From positions 78,182,001 through 78,246,000 of the forward strand of contig OX597827.1 in the NCBI GenBank assembly GCA_951406725.2: a stretch of DNA of 64,000 bases, read 5' to 3'. This DNA comes from Octopus vulgaris (Eukaryota). Shown here one piece after another: positions 38,945-53,566 of this stretch. The first letter of the stretch is position 1; every line of letters starts with the position of its first letter. The translations under genes were made by a program, and so were the position numbers. The notes under the pieces were generated by a model. The model searched no databases. It saw only the letters and a list, made by a program, of their open reading frames with translations, and had not been told where the DNA came from.

Positions 38945-39297
38945 CAGTCATTTGACTGCGGCCATGCTGGAGCACCGCCTTTAGTCGAGCAAATCGATCC
39001 CAGGACTTATTCTTTGTAAGTCTAGTACTTATTCTATATGTCTCTTTTGCCGAACCGCTATGTTACATGGACGTAAACACACTAGCATCGGTTGTTAAGC
39101 GATGTTGGGCGGGGGGGAAACACACACATATATACATATATACGACGGGCTTCTTTCAGTTTCCGTCTACCAAACCCACTCACAAGGCTTTGGTCGGCCC
39201 GAGGCCATAGCAGAAGACACTTGCCCAAGGTGCCACGCAGTGGGACTGAACCCGGAACCATGTGGTTAGGAAGCAAGCTACTTACCACGCAGCCACT
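38945..39297 (-). mobile_element. SINE family A copy
   Basis: Low-divergence reverse complement of 28251-28645. Confidence 0.85.
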
Positions 39298-39629
39298 CGA
39301 TCAAAATTTCTTGGTTCACTGTATTTACTACGTTTACGACCCCATGGCTATGAATGCTTCCTACAGCAGGCGTCCATGGGTCCCCCCCCCTCCAGTCCAT
39401 TGTATTGGGGACAGACTGTGACTAAATAATCCAGGGTCATCTCTCTAGTCTGGTGCGTCGTCTGTTCTCAGTTCTAATCAATTCGGTATTGCTAACTACC
39501 CCAAGATTAATTAGCTTCATCCCTCATTGAAATAAATCATTACCATCATCAAAATTGTCATCGTCATCACCATCATCATTACAATACCACCACCATCACC
39601 CATAATCATCATCATCAGCTGTTGTCAAA

Positions 39630-40265
39630 CCACATGTGAGCCCTGATAGATCAGACGACTTATGGCTACAGGCGCTCCAGTTATGACCATCACGTCTGTT
39701 TCTTATATCTAGGACTTCACTGTCCAGTGTGTCCTTTTTCGAAGGCGTAGTGTGATTTGGTTGTAGATATTGCTGCTATTTCTAGCAGGTCGAATGACCG
39801 CTTAAAAGTTCCCTCATTGGTTCATGCAGTTTGTGTTGCTTAGTCCAAGGTCAGCCCTGATCAAAGACGTTCCTTCCGTGACAATTCCTTTTTCTATTTC
39901 CGGCATAGTATATCTAGAACTATATTTATCTAACGTATCCTTCGTCTTTTTTAACATAGTTTGGCGTGTTGATGGTGTTGTGACTGCTATTTCTAGCAGA
40001 TCTAACGACCATGAAGAGGCTCCGTCATTGCCTCGTGTACACTTTGATGTTGTTTAGCCCCAGGCCAAATGCGATTGAACCGACCTACAATCAAAGGCAT
40101 CACAGCCATGACCATCCCGTGTTATATAGGAGTATATAAGATTGAATACATTCTCTAGTGTGTCACGTCTTTAGGTAAGGACTGTAAGGGAATGATTTTA
40201 GGCGAGATTGTCGATGCTATTTCTAGCATGTCTCGCAACCACCTAGAGGCTCCCCTCATTGGCTC
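39630..40265 (+). repeat. Tandem trio of an old, roughly 200-bp dispersed repeat (family H)
   Basis: Units with AGCCCCAGGTCAGCCCTGATC...TGACCATC...TGTGATTT..GCTATTTCTAGCAG. Second cluster at 42745-43510 and singles at 8205-8415, 30110-30255, 38640-38820, 45250-45390(-) and 55640-55805(-). Confidence 0.7.
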
Positions 40266-41169
40266 GAATGCAATGATGATGGCGGCGGAGGCAGCAGTGG
40301 TGGTGGTGGTGGGAGCAGCGGTGATGGCGTAAAAAGAAAAAAAAAATTGCCGAGGGCGATTGACTGATAATGAAGAAAGAGGAATAAACACACACACACA
40401 ACTGTGTATAAACATACGTCCATATACACACACACACACACACACACATCTACAGAGAAAGACGACCGATGGTGTTCGTTGACAACAACCATGGAGGCTA
40501 TTGTCACTCTGCCTCCCCCCACCACCACCACAGCCACACTCTCCCAGCACACACCCCCTCTCTATGTCATCTTTCTACCTCTCTCCACCACTCTCTTTAT
40601 CTAAACCGTTCTCCCCCTTTGTTATTATTATCTATTTAACACCCTCTCTATATCTGGCAGTCTCTCTTTATCTCAAACATCCTCCTGCTATATCATCTCT
40701 CCCACTCTCTCTCCAACCCATCCTCTCTTTATTATCTATTTAACACTCACTCACTACCTGCTACCCTGTCTTTCTTTAAAAGCCACCCTCTCTCTATATT
40801 GTCTACCTACCACAACACTCTCTCTGTCTGCAACCCTTTCTTTATCGAAAAACTTACTCCCCTTATCTATTTAAGCGCCCCTCTCTCTGTCTTTTACTCT
40901 TTCTTTATCTCAACCAGCGTTTGTTTATCTTCTTTCCTCTCTATTTTAAACAAACACCCCCTCTCTCTTTTGAAACATACTTATCCTTTTCTATCTTAAC
41001 ACCTCTACCCCCTCCTCTCTCTGTGGTTTCTATCTCTGCACATTCCTTTCTCTCTCTATCTAAACACTCCCCCTCTCTCTCTTTCTACACATACATAAGC
41101 CTCCCTCCCTTTCCCATCTCTATCTAAAACATCCTCCCCTTCCTCTCTCAATCTCCACCGCTTTCTTCC

Positions 41170-41340
41170 CCCCTCGCACACAACACACGCATACAAACAC
41201 ATACATACTCACACAAATACACGCGCGCGCGAACCTCCCCCTCCCCTCCAACACACCAACAGAAACGAAAGCTGTGACATGGCGACTCTCCTCACACCTT
41301 GCTGTTGTACGTAACGATTTTTTTTACTCCTCAATTCTTT
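41170..41340 (+). promoter_or_regulatory. Candidate alternative promoter / short first exon
   Basis: CpG-retaining unique patch after a long CT-rich tract, with (CG)n, a C-rich box, YY1-like GACATGGCG at about 41276-41284 and a donor-like GTT|gtacgt at 41307. Confidence 0.3.
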
Positions 41341-41400
41341 TCTTCGTCTTCATCACGCACCTCATCCTTATTCTGTACATCCCTATCGCTCTCTCTAAAC

Positions 41401-41434
<34 letters not shown>

Positions 41435-42389
41435 ACACACACACATATATATGTATATATGTGTGTGCATGTATGTGTATACATGTATATATATCTATCT
41501 ATATATATACATCTATATATAAATGTATACACACATAGTTGGTATTACTAGTTGTACTACTACTACTACTGGTACTGGTGGTTGTGGTGGCAGGCATCAT
41601 AATATAAGCGACAACACTCATCCATCCTCGACCCGGGTTTCGATTCCTAGTACAAACCACTTTGCTTACCTTGGGGCGGGGAGAAGGGAACATCTCACAC
41701 CTTCCTATGGCATCTCTCAAAATTTCTGCAACTTCTTTCCCACCTCCGTTGTTATTATTATTATTCTTATTAATATCATTTATTATATTATTATTATTAT
41801 TGTTGTTATTGTTATTATATAAAAGGTGGTGATTTGGTAGAATCGTCAAGAGCTTCGGACGAAATGTTTTGCGGTCTTTCTGCCGTCCGGCTCTGTGCGG
41901 TTTGCGTTCAAATCCCGGCGAGGTCAACTTTGCCTTCCATCCTTCCAGGGCCGATAAAATCAGTATCCATCGAGTACTGGGACCGATGATAGTACGACCT
42001 AACCACTACCTTCCCTTCAAAACTGCTGGTCTTCTGCCTAAATTAGAAATACCTTGTTTATTATTAATGTTTTTTATTATTATTATTGTTATTATTATTA
42101 TTATTATTAGTAGTAGTAGTAGTAGTAGTAGTAGTATGAAAAGTATTACCCCCACCACCCCCATCTAAATATCAGATGCTCTTCTTTACGTACACATATC
42201 TGCTGTCTTAATGTTTTATCTGTGTCCTATATGATAACTATCTCAGCTACACACACACATATACACACACACATTCTGTAAATTCACATGATAGACAGAT
42301 AGAAAGATTGACATGGATAGATAGACAGATAGACTGACAGGAGAAAGAGGGATAGATGGACGGATACACAGAGAGATAGACGGATAAAC

Positions 42390-42448
<59 letters not shown>

Positions 42449-45400
42449 GAGAGACAAATAGACAGGCAGACAGATAAGATAGGTAGATAGATAAGCTGAG
42501 AAATCGATAGATAGAAAGGCGAAAGATGGTTGTGACACTAAGTTTCCCAGATTTAGCTTTGTTCACTGTCCACTTTCTGGGAGACATAACCTTTCAGTGT
42601 TTTTCGTTTCGTGTTGTCTGAGTTGCTGTTGTTGTTGTTGTTGTTGTAGCCATAGGTCATCTCTGAAACGGCAGACACTTATGGCATGTTGGGAGTCGAC
42701 CGAACGAATCGGGCCAAAACATCGTTTGTTGTTATTGTTTGACACCAGGTCAACCATAATCGAATCGGTCTATGATGAAGAGATATTCCAGTCGTGACAG
42801 TCTCGCCTTTTTTTTCTATTTACATACAAATGTAGCCTGAAATACATTTTCTAACGTGTTCTTATATAAGACGGTCAGATGTAATTGTAGGGAAAATTTG
42901 GCTGTTATTTCTAGCCGGTTCGGGGACCAGTTACCGGCTCGTATGTTCTAGTTCTTGTTGCAGGTGAACTCTGACTGAGCAGGTCAATGGTCAAAGGTAT
43001 CCCAACCGTGGCCATTCCTCAGTCCTGTGTTGTCTAGGATTGTTATCCAATGTGTCCTTCCTTTTCTAAAGACAGTTAAGTACGATCTGAGGGAAATTCG
43101 GTTGCTATTTCTAGGAGCCCATTGGTTCAACAAAGTTAAGTTTCTATTCACTTCTCCCTCCACCCTAGAAATGCATGAATACCACACACTCTCATTTTCC
43201 ACTCGTCCGATGTTATTAAAACAGTTAACGAAACACTTCACAGCTGATCCCCATTAAATTAATAGCAGTGATATATTGCTGTAGAACTTATAGACTACAT
43301 TCCCGCACTTCCCTGCTGTGGTGGGGTCAGAGGTCAGGCAAGGTCAAGACCTGGTTTCACTTCCATAATATTGTTATTGAAGACCTTCCTACTGTGACCA
43401 CCCCTTTTCAGAGGTATGTGGCACTTCTACAATGATTGTAGGGTGTGATTTGAGATTTTGACTGCTCCTTCTAGTGAATCAAGTAACCACGTAAGGGCTC
43501 CCCTCATCAGCTCCAATTTCTCAATGTATTTGGAAGTGGCATGAACATCACAACCTCTTATTTTATCCTTACCTGGGGTCACTGTGAAACGAACCAAGTC
43601 TATCCCATATTTTATCTTTTCCTTGTTTCAGTCATTAGACTGTGGCCATGCTGGGGCACCACCCTGAAGAATACATGAACACCATTATTTATTTTTATAA
43701 ACCCTGGTACTTATTCTATCGGTCTCCATTGCCAAACCACTAAGTAATAGGGATGGAAACACTGACACCTGTTGTCAAATGGTGGTTGGGGGGACAAACA
43801 CAAAGACACACATACATAGATATATACAACAGGCTTCTTTCAGTTTCCATCTACCAAATCCACTCTGAAGGCTATATAGTTGAAGACCATTACCCAAGGT
43901 GCCATGCAGTGGGAATGAACCTGGGACCTTGTGGGTGGGAGGCAAACTTCTCACCACACAGTCACACCTGCGCCTATGGTTATGTTCACCTCCCTTTTAT
44001 TCTCAGAGACCCTAAATTCCTGTCTGCAACGAACGGTCAGTCATGAAGACCACAACTTGCAAAGTGTGGCCCCTGTCATAGTATTTGGAGGAAAACCATG
44101 AAAGCCACAACTTCGCAGTCTAGTAACATTACTGTCACTTGGTGCATATTCTCTCCTCACGACTCCTGGGACCAACTGGCATCTGATTGCTTCTATCTTT
44201 TATCTTTTACTTGTTTCAGTCCATTAGGCTGTGGCCATGCTGGGGCACCACCTTCAAGAATTTTTAGTCAAATGAATTGACCTCAGTACTTTTATTAAAC
44301 CTTGGTATTCATTTGGTTCTGCTAAGTTACGGGGACTTAAACACACCAGCACCAGTTGCCAAGCAGTGGTGGGACACACACACACACATGCGACAGGTTT
44401 CTTTCAGTTTCCGTCTGCCAAATCCACTCACAAGGCTTTGGCTGTCCAAGGTGCTATGCAGTGGGACTGAACCTGGAACCGTGTGGTTGGAAAGCAAAAC
44501 CACAAAGCTTTTGATTGATACCATTTTGCACAAGCAAACTGCTTGCTAGTGTGTGTGTGTGTGTGGTACTTTGGGGGTAGTCACGAATACCATTTCTTCC
44601 TACCATTACCATCAGTATAGGGCTAAACTGCAGCTTGGTATAGTATCCAGTAAGGTGGCAAGCTAGCAGAAACGTTAGCATGCCGGGCGAAATGCTTAGC
44701 GGTATTTCGTCTGCCGTTATGTTCTGAGTTCAAATTCCACCGATGTCGACTTAGCCTTTTATCCTTTCGGGTCGATAAATTAAGTACCAGTTGCGCACTG
44801 GGGTCAATATAATCGACTTAATCCGTTTGTCTATCCTTGTTTGTCCTCTCTGTGTTTAGCCCCTTGTGGGTAGTAAAGAAATAAGAAATAGGTATAGTAT
44901 CCAGTGCATTTAGAGGAAAGCCATGAATGCCACAGTTTCCTCAATTTTTGTTGGCTGGCTAAGCCTTCTGCATTTAGGTCGGGACATATGAGATAAGGAT
45001 TAGCTGAAAGTCTGAAAAGAAGCATGGACGTTTGGGACAAACTTACGAAAATGTAAAGAGTTAAACTGGAAGAGAATTATTGCAAGTTACTGTCAAATAT
45101 GTGGTGTGTATGCCCCCCCCCCCCCCCAACAGATCCAGTGATATGGCAGTACTAATGATGATCCCTAACTTAGGGACAAAAGGGAAGGAACGATCAATGG
45201 AATTTAATCCTAGTATTTAATTGGTACATTAAGAAAGTTGAGCCAATTAGGAAGCCTACTTGACCTACTAGATAAAGCAGCTAAATCTCCCTTAAATCAC
45301 ACCCTACCATCATTGTAAAAAAGAAAGACACATTCGACAATGTAGTCCTATATACTTTTAAGAGAAGGGATGGTCATAGCTGGAAGGTCCATAATAACAG

Positions 45401-48054
45401 TCTTATGGTAGTAAATGAAGTTACTTATCACCAAATGGGAATTAAAGCCAGGTCTCAACCCTGCCTGTATTTTATCAGATCAGCCCCAGAAAGATGGAAG
45501 TTCATAAATTGATTTTAGCAGAATTTGAACTCGGGCTATAAAGGGACATAACTAAGTGTTACAAATGTTGAAGTTTTCTAAAAATGGATGCAAAAGAAAA
45601 AATGCCAGGAATTTTAATGAAGGGTTAAACGAACAAAATGTTTGTGTTTGAGTGGTTCTGGTTTTATTAAGTTTGGACGGACGAAGGGTGAAGTCCGACT
45701 TGGAAGGAGAATGCAGAACATATCTTTCTTGTTTTATTTTTTACTTGTTTCAGTCATTGGACTGCGACCATGCTAGGGCACCACCTTGAAGGGTTTAATC
45801 AGATTGACCCCGGTACATACAGGGATGTGAACAAACCAACACCGATTGGCATTCAGTGGTGAGGGACATACATGATACAAATATGCACACACACACACAC
45901 GTACGCATATATGATGATGATGATGATATATTTACAGTGGGCTTCCACACAGTTTTCATCTACCAAATCTGTTCACAAGTCTTTGGTCATCCTGGGGCTG
46001 TAATAGAGGACGTCCAATGTGCCATGCAGTGGGATTGAACCTGAGACCATGTGGTTGCCAAGTGATATTTTTAACAACACACCCACGCCAACTCCTTGAG
46101 GCATTTTGCCCATAAATAACAACTTTGCCAATCCACTGATTTTGACAATAATAATAATAATAATTTCCTATACTGGCATATACCCCGAATTAGTAGGGGT
46201 GGGGGATATTCAGTTAGATCAACCGCAGCACATGAATGGTATTTATTTTGTTGACTCTCAGAAAGATAACAGGCAATATTGATCTCAATAGAATTTCAAC
46301 TGAAAGCATAAAGCACCGTAACTAAAGACCACAAGACATTTTGTCGAGTGCTCTATCGATCCTGGAGAGATACAGATATCACTACAAGTGTGTTACAGCA
46401 TTATCATTGTTAATTAACATTATCATCGTTAATTAGGTATGAGCAATCAATGGCAGGATTGTGGAAGGGTCAGACTAAACAGTTTGTAGGGTTTGCTTCA
46501 GTGTCTTCGTGTTCTGGGTTCATATCTTGCTGGGGCTGACTTTCTCAGGGAGGTTGATAAAGTGAAGTACCAGTTGTGTTCTGGGGTTGATGTAAAAAGA
46601 CGATTACTCTTCACAGAATGTTTGCCATTGTGTCATCATCATCATCATTTAACGTCTGCCTTCCATGCCGACATGAGGTGGATGGTTTGATAGGAGCTGG
46701 CCAGGCAGGAGCCTCTGTGTTTAGCAGGGTTTTTACTGCTGGACGCTCTTCCTAACACCAACCACTTAGTAGAGTGGACTTAGTGCTTTTTACACGGCAC
46801 TCGCACAGGTGAGGTCAGTTTTGGAATGGTTTTTACAGCTGGATACCCTTCCAAGTGCCAACCATTTTGTCTGTGTTATAAACTATTGTTATTATTTATT
46901 TCTTTATTGCCCACAGGGGGCTAAACATAGAGGGGACAAACAAGAACAGACAAAAGGATTAAGTCGATTACATCGACCCCAGTGCGTAACTGGTACTTAT
47001 TTAATCAAGTTTCGAAAGGATGAAAGGCAAAGTCAACCTCAGTGGAATTTGAACTCAGAACGTAGTGGCAGATGAAATACTGCTAAGCATTTCGCCTGGC
47101 GTGCTAACAATTCTGCCAGCTCGCCATCCTATACTATTATTATTATTGTTAATAGTAATAATAATAATTATAATAATAATAATAATAATTGGATATGTAT
47201 TTGACTTCACTTTGCATCAACTCTGTTTAAAATGTTATTTTGTTTTGTAGAATGCGGTGGTTGGGGTGGACATCTAATTGACTCCCCAATAAAATCTGGG
47301 AGTCAACAGAAATCCTTTATGTAAGACAACTCACCCTGTCCCTCTCACCTGGCATCCAACCACTTCCCACAGTGCCATTCCCTCTGTCAACTAAGAGGTC
47401 ATTGTTTTGAAAGTTACTTGGCCCAACTGGTGCTGCACCAGCTCTTAGTAAATTGCACCCAGTGCACTCTGTAAAGTGGTTGGCATTAAGAAGGTCATCC
47501 TGCCATGGAAACCATACTAAATCAGGCAGTTGGGGCCTGGTGCAGCTCCTGTGAAACTGTCCAAGCCACACCAGCATTGAAAACAGACGTTGAATAATGA
47601 TGATGGTGGTGGTGGTGGTGGTGGATAGATAGATAAAATGTATGTATATATGCCATGTTTAGTGTTGTTTTGACATTATGTGATGCTAGTAAATAAGCAT
47701 CATCTCATCATGTAAGTGGTGTTATTTGTTAGCAGTCCTCCTTCCATGGAAAACATGTCTGGCCATGGAGAATGGATTACCCTTGTTTTCGTAAAGGGAT
47801 GAAGGTTGTGACAGTAAAGGCATCTGGCTGTGGAAAATCTGCCTCAACAAATTCTGTCTGACCCATGCAAACATGGAAAAGGGACATTAAAATAATGTAG
47901 ACGGGGATGATGTTAAAGGGTCTCTCTCTCTCTCTCTTAAACACACACACAGTCTGAGGAATAAGACCCTGAAATGTTGAATTCTTTATTTCATATGTCT
48001 ATCAACTGCCTTCTGGTAAAAAGTTGAAAGTCACAGCTGTAATTTTGAGAACAT

Positions 48055-48092
<38 letters not shown>

Positions 48093-49471
48093 CAATCCCT
48101 CGACTGTCGTGGGTGTTACGTCCCCCCACCCCCGCATGATAAGTGAAAATCTGTGAAGTAGAAATGGTACTGTACTGTATATTCTTTTTTTTTATTATTT
48201 TTATAATGTGTATATATTTATTTTATTATAAATGCAAAACACCACCACGGAGGAGGAACTGACATAAGCTGAAATGATAAACTGCGATAGGTGAACTGCA
48301 ATATGACTACATCTGTCTTCTCTATACCATAAAACTTTCAACTGGCCAAAAGCCACACCCCTTCCACTCTCAGTTGAGGGGGTTTTGCTTTGTAAGGTAC
48401 TTGTTAACGCCATCAGTGCTGGTGCCCCATAAAAAGCACCTGGTGTACCTTCTAAAGTGGTTGACGTTAGGAAGGGTATCCAGCTATGGAAACCAAGCTA
48501 AAACAGAATAGGACCTGGTGTGGCTTCTGGCCTTGCCTTTCTGTCTAACTGTCCAACCCATGCCAGCATGGAAAACAGATGTTAAATGATGATGATGATG
48601 ATGATGACAACTTCCTATTTGATGTCAGCTGTGGAAGCATGCTGTACATGATACTTGAGAAACTATGACACAACTTCTTAATAAACCAGTGAGTCACCAA
48701 CATTAATCATAATTAACCTTGGTCATTTATTTGTTTCTTTTATTCAAATATGCTAATTTTCACACATCCCCATCTACAACATTGCACCTAATGACTCTCT
48801 GCTCACTGCTCCTTTGGCAAGTACAGGGAATTAAATATAACAGAGAATTTAGTAAAATAACTTAGTTATCATGCAGCTAGTATTAGGAACATAAACTGTG
48901 ACTGAGGTTTGGTGGAAGATTTTAATTCAGAACTTTAGAAAACAAGACATTTCTACTCAGAGCCAGAGGTGGTTCCAGCCAGGTTGGTATCGAAAAGGTT
49001 GAAGGAAAAAGTCATTGATTTAAGGTTGTCTTTTCCTCACCACAATTATTTCTTATCAGATATTTGTTGTTAATCCTTCATGATGGTGGTGGTGTGTGGG
49101 GGGTGTTCTTGTTGTTGGTTGTAGGATTTGTGGTGGACATGAAAAGGTATATATACTATTTGTTGACAATGTGATTTGAAGGAGATTTAGTTGCTCTTTT
49201 TAGCAATTCAAGTGACCCCCCCCCTCTCTGCACACAGTTAATTATGATGGTGATGGGTGTGGTCAGAGTAGGTTTCACATGTGACCTTGGTACTGGAGTA
49301 GGAGTATGCCTGAAAGTATGCTCAAAATTTAGGGAGGAAAGTTGGTGTTGTAAATTAGTAAAAGGTCAAGGTTAGACAGAGGTCAGTCTTGTTGACAGGG
49401 AATGCATGAAGACATGCCCTCCAGGTGTGACATTACTTTATGCGTACATGTGTGTGCACGTATGCATATAT

Positions 49472-49925
49472 ATCATCATCATCATCAATAAACGTCCATT
49501 TTTCTATGCTGGCATGGGTTGGATGGTTCAACTGGGGTCTGGGAAGCCAGGAGGCTGCACCAGGCCCCAATCTGATCTGGCAGTGTTTCTACAGCTGAAT
49601 GCCCTTCCTAATGCCAACCACTCCAAGAGTGTAGTGGGTGCTTTTTATGTGCCACTGCCACGGGCCAGAGGAGCTGGCATCGACCACAATCGGATGGTGC
49701 TTTTTATGTGCCACCGGCATGGAAGCCAGTTAAAGCAGCACTGGCATTGACCATGTTCAGATGGTGCTTTTTGCATGTTATCAGCATGGGAGTCACAATG
49801 ACAATTTCCATTTGATTTGATGTTGATGTTGATGTACTTGACTCAATAGGTCACCTCAAGCACATGTCGCCCTATGATCCAAGGTACTTTTGAGTGAGCT
49901 GGTTATGTGAGACTATTGTAGGTTA
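49472..49925 (-). mobile_element. RTE LINE 3'UTR copy
   Basis: Reverse complement of about 2345-2819, including the repeated GGTGCTTTTTA(C/T)GTG units. Confidence 0.75.
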
Positions 49926-49935
49926 TATATCTATA

Positions 49936-49983
<48 letters not shown>

Positions 49984-52062
49984 AAGAATATGAGGGGTTT
50001 AGTTCACTGGTGATCTAAGTGAATAGGTACATTGTGCAAGTGCAATAATTGGTCACCTGTTAGGTTCCAAGCTCACGGCTGAGGCTGGAGCTGGGTTCCA
50101 TATTAGACTTCTGATCCTTCTCCTTTAATATATGTGTGTGTGTATAGGTGCAGGTGTGGCTGTGTGGTAAGAAGCTTGCTTCCCAACCACATGATTCCAG
50201 GTTCAGTCCCACTAAGTGGCACCTTGGGCAAGTGTCTTCCACTATAGCTGACCAAAGCTTTGTGAGTGGATTTGGTAGATGGAAACTGAAAGAAGCCCAT
50301 CATATATATGTGTGTGTGTGTATGTGATTGCCATCACCACCACCACCATAGTTTGACAACCGATTTTGGTGTGTTTACGTCCAGATAACCTAGCGGTTTG
50401 GCAACAGAAACTGATAGAATACGTACTAGGCTTACAAAGAACAAGTTCTGGGATCGATTTGTTCGACTAGAGGCAGTGCTCCAGCATGGCCGCAGTCAGA
50501 TGACTGAAACAGGTAAAGGAATAAAAGAATATATATACATGTGTGTGTGTGTGTTTGTTTTGTAAGATTCCTGGTGTGAAATTGTGTGTTTAACCGTTTC
50601 AGGTTCAAATTCTTCTGTCAAATGTAAACTTTGTTTATTCAGATGTCTTTCACTTAATCCTGCTTTATCTCATCGCTTTGAGATTTTAAAGATATGATTG
50701 CATATATTTAGACTGATATTGTAGGGGAGGTGGGAGAAACCAGATCTAGCTGGTTTGAACATAAAACAGGTAGAAAATTTGGGCCGGATTTGGCTTGTTT
50801 AAATGCTGAAGGGTTAGACATATTGTTATATTTCTTGGGGTGGGGCTGACCATCCCAAAATTATATATATATATATATATACCCGTCACTTAGCGGTTCG
50901 GCAAAAAGAGACCGATAGAATAAGTACTGGGCTTACAAAGAATAAGTCCCAGAGTCGATTTGCTTGACTAAAGGTGGTGCTCCAGCATGGCCACAGTCAA
51001 ATGACTGAAACAAGTAAAAGAGTATATATATATATATATACCCCCCCCACTGGGGTCTGGGGGGGGGATGCAGCCTTCTGGCTTCCCAGACCCCTGTTGA
51101 ACTGTCCAACCCATGCTAGCATGGAAAGCGGACGCTAAACAAAGATGATAATGATATATGTCATATAATTGCACACACACTTCTCTCTCTATATATATAT
51201 GTGTATAATATATGCACACACATTCATATTTATGGTCCTGTATTAAAAAATTGCTCTGTTCTGGGTTAGGGATGCTAATCTCCCCCTGTTTGAAAATATA
51301 ATGACACAGAGAGTGTGTTGTACAGCCAGCTGGAGACGATCTTTCCTAGGGCTAAACGACAGTAGCATTCATCCTAACCATATTATCTGCCATATTATGT
51401 TGGCAAATAATCTTTATTTAATGTTAAAAATTGTTTTCTTGTGATCATAAAGCTATTCACAAGGCATCTGCTATACACACACACACACACACTTGTACAC
51501 CTACACACACACGTGCACACCTATACCCACACACTCACTTGTAACCTATACCCCCCACACACACTTGCACACTTATACTCATACACACACACACACTAAC
51601 TATGTAGACATATCCTATAGTTTAGAACTTTCAAAACTGCTCCATTAGTTGTCTGTCAATTTTCTCTCTCTAACCTCTGACCTCCCAGTGAAAACTATGT
51701 CTGGTATGTCTAATGCATGGCCATGCTTCACTGAATCTACTTCACTGACTGACAGATGGTGCCAGCTGTGTACACAACCACCTCATTCAACTGAAATGGA
51801 AATAGTAATGTCTTAGCAATTGGTAAGCTGTAAATTCCTCAGTTTTAAGACACAGTTGGCTCCAGTTGGAATTGTAAACAGTAATCTTATGGCCAGACAA
51901 TCAGTGGTAAACACAATGGTAACCATCAGATGGCATGGTGTGTGTGTGTGTATGATTGTTTACATTCTGCATCCAGCTGTCAAACAATGCCCCTGTAATA
52001 TGTACCCATCTGACCCATGCAAGAAAAAGGGAGTGTGTGTGTGTGCACGTGCAAACGTCTGT

Positions 52063-52434
52063 GTACTTCTTGGTTATCTCACCCCCATTAAAAAATTGAG
52101 TTATCTCTCTCCCCATTTCATGAGTACTTTCATGGGTACTTTTGGTTATTTCCCTCAACTAAAAAATTTTTTTAACCTTCAATAAAAGAAATGAAAAATG
52201 AGAAAATTAATAAATATGGAAAGTGAAAAGATTAAACATCATATTGAATTCAATAACAGTTTTATAACAAATCATTTCCTGCCTATTGAGGAGGCCAAAC
52301 ATCAACAATGTGTTGAAGTATTAAATCAAAAGGATTCAAACCTTTTAATCCAGTCTCTTGTCACCACATTAACTCGATTTTTTAGTGGGGAAATAATCCA
52401 ATTTTTTAATGGGGGTGAGAAAACCAAAAAGTAC
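52063..52434. mobile_element. MITE with about 45-bp imperfect TIRs
   Basis: GTACTTCTTGGTTATCTCACCCCCATTAAAAAATTG versus CAATTTTTTAATGGGGGTGAGAAAACCAAAAAGTAC. Confidence 0.7.
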
Positions 52435-52772
52435 CAGTATCTGTTTTCCATACTGGTATAGGTTGGATGGTTTGACTAGAGCTGGCAAGGCCAGGACCCC
52501 CACCAGGTTCAATTGTCTGCTTTGGCGAGGTTTCTACAGCTGGATGCCTTTCCTAATGCCAACCACTCTACAGAGTGTATTGGGTGCTTTTTATGTGGCA
52601 CCAGAACCAGTGCTAAATTCTGTCTGACTTGTGCTATGGAAAAGTGGGTGTTAAGTGGGGTTGATGATGATGATATATATATATTTATATATATGTATAT
52701 ATATATATATATAATATATATATGTGTGTGTGTGTGTATATATATATGTATATATACATATATGTATATATT

Positions 52773-52811
<39 letters not shown>

Positions 52812-52815
<4 letters not shown>

Positions 52816-53122
52816 TCATCATCATCATTTAACGTCCGTGGACAGTTTGACTGGGGTCTGGTAAGCCATGAAGGCTGCACCAGGCTCCAGTCTGGTTTGG
52901 CAGTGTTTCTATAGCTGGATGCCCTTCCTAACGCCAACCACTCCGTGAGTGTACTGGGTGTTTTTTACATTCCACCGGCACAGGGCCAGAGGAGGCTGGC
53001 AAATGGTGCTTTTACGTGTCACCGACACAGACGCCTGTCAGGCGGCGCTGGCATCTGCCACGTTCGGACGGTGCTTTTTATGTGTCACCGGCACAGGTGT
53101 CTTAACTACAATTTCCGTTTGA
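52812..53122 (-). mobile_element. RTE LINE 3'UTR copy
   Basis: (ATC)n tail plus three repeat units. Confidence 0.7.
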
Positions 53123-53435
53123 TATATATATGAGTGTGTTCTGTATAATATAGTGAGTTATAAAAATTCCTTCCTGGAGTGGATTAAAGACTATAAACAA
53201 GCAAGTCAGATGACACCAATAAAATCAGTTGATTGACATTTTAGAAAGCACACAAACTGTAGTATGGGAATGAATCTGGATCAGTTCTGTCTTATATTTT
53301 GTGTGTGTGTACTGAAATATGAGATGGTTTGTATGCATAATAAGTAAGGCTGTGTCTTTGCCATTTAAAATCAGGTTTTGATGATGAGAGAAAAACAGTT
53401 GAAAGATATTTTGAACAATGACTGCACAGTTTTAA

Positions 53436-53566
53436 CCTTCAGCACACTTAGGCGCACCATGGTGCTGTACAAGTTTTCTCCCTTGTAACCTGCAGAGGCA
53501 TTGTGTCTGGTTGAGAACAGGGAAAACTCATCATGGTGACATGATGCACCTATAGTGTGCTAAACG
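53436..53566. mobile_element. Small piggyBac-like MITE
   Basis: TTAA flanks (53432 and 53567) and imperfect TIRs CCTTCAGCACACT..AGGCGC / GCACCT..AGTGTGCTAAACG. Confidence 0.6.

Noticed and set aside
52198-52461. 87-aa ATG-initiated non-repetitive ORF
   Set aside because: Lies inside an AT-rich MITE, runs through its TIR and has no recognisable domain.
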